Of a stretch of DNA of 64,000 nucleotides, positions 63,671 to 64,000 are shown piece by piece; within the stretch, counting starts at the first letter, position 1, and each line of letters starts with the position of its first letter. The DNA is taken from positions 868,001 to 932,000 of the forward strand of contig RSEE01000009.1 of the NCBI GenBank assembly GCA_003971905.1, written 5' to 3'. Made by a program: the position numbers and the translations under genes. The DNA comes from Moniliella sp. 'wahieum' (lineage: Eukaryota). A model generated the notes under the pieces. That model saw nothing but the letters and a program-made list of their open reading frames with translations, was not told the DNA's origin and did no database searches.

Positions 63671-64000
63671 GAGTGAGCACTGGCGCCAGCACCAAACCGA
63701 AACAACTTTGGCTGTGCGGGTACGACGTCAGTGAGCCCACCCAGTCCCTACTACCTCGGAAAGGCGATCGAAGAGCCCGGGCAACACCGAAGCGCAGTAT
63801 CACCATCAACTTCAGGCGCACCACCAGCAAATTGTTCACCGTCTCTCCCAAGCGAGCCCATCGCTTACTTCGCCCAGTACCGAGTAATGGGTTGTACTAG
63901 TACTTTGGTACCTTGCGACCTCATCCCTCTCTGTAACTTTCACGATATTTCCCCTTTGCGCGCGCGCGGCCTCTATCCCCCACCGCCTCTCATGATACCG

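Overview
GC-rich eukaryotic DNA from a basidiomycete fungus, probably Ustilaginomycotina-like. This is inferred from short GTRCGT/GTGAGC...CTRAC...YAG introns and a MAP kinase very close to smut Kpp2/Ubc3. Almost every gene has scattered 1-bp frameshifts, most simply explained as uncorrected long-read indels, so CDS ends are approximate. Recognisable genes: a RhoGEF-like protein with a split DH domain, S-adenosylmethionine synthetase, peroxisomal SCP2, a C2H2 zinc-finger factor, myotubularin, deoxyhypusine synthase, glucosidase II beta, eIF3L, a TEY MAP kinase, a Stealth-family phosphotransferase, a GH16-like/acyltransferase-3 fusion, a Cdc15/SepH-like kinase with a C1 domain, and several orphans. 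Two long gene-poor intervals (~17.8-25.5 kb and ~39.7-48.3 kb) contain heavily decayed Ty1/copia relics and a striking sequence grammar: many short arrays of direct or inverted duplications of 7-bp odd palindromes centred on T-N-A (xyTNAy'x'), with many different flanking dinucleotides. This grammar, which suggests a site-specific duplication or footprint process, and the head-to-head Stealth / GH16-AT3 glycan-modification pair are the most interesting signals.
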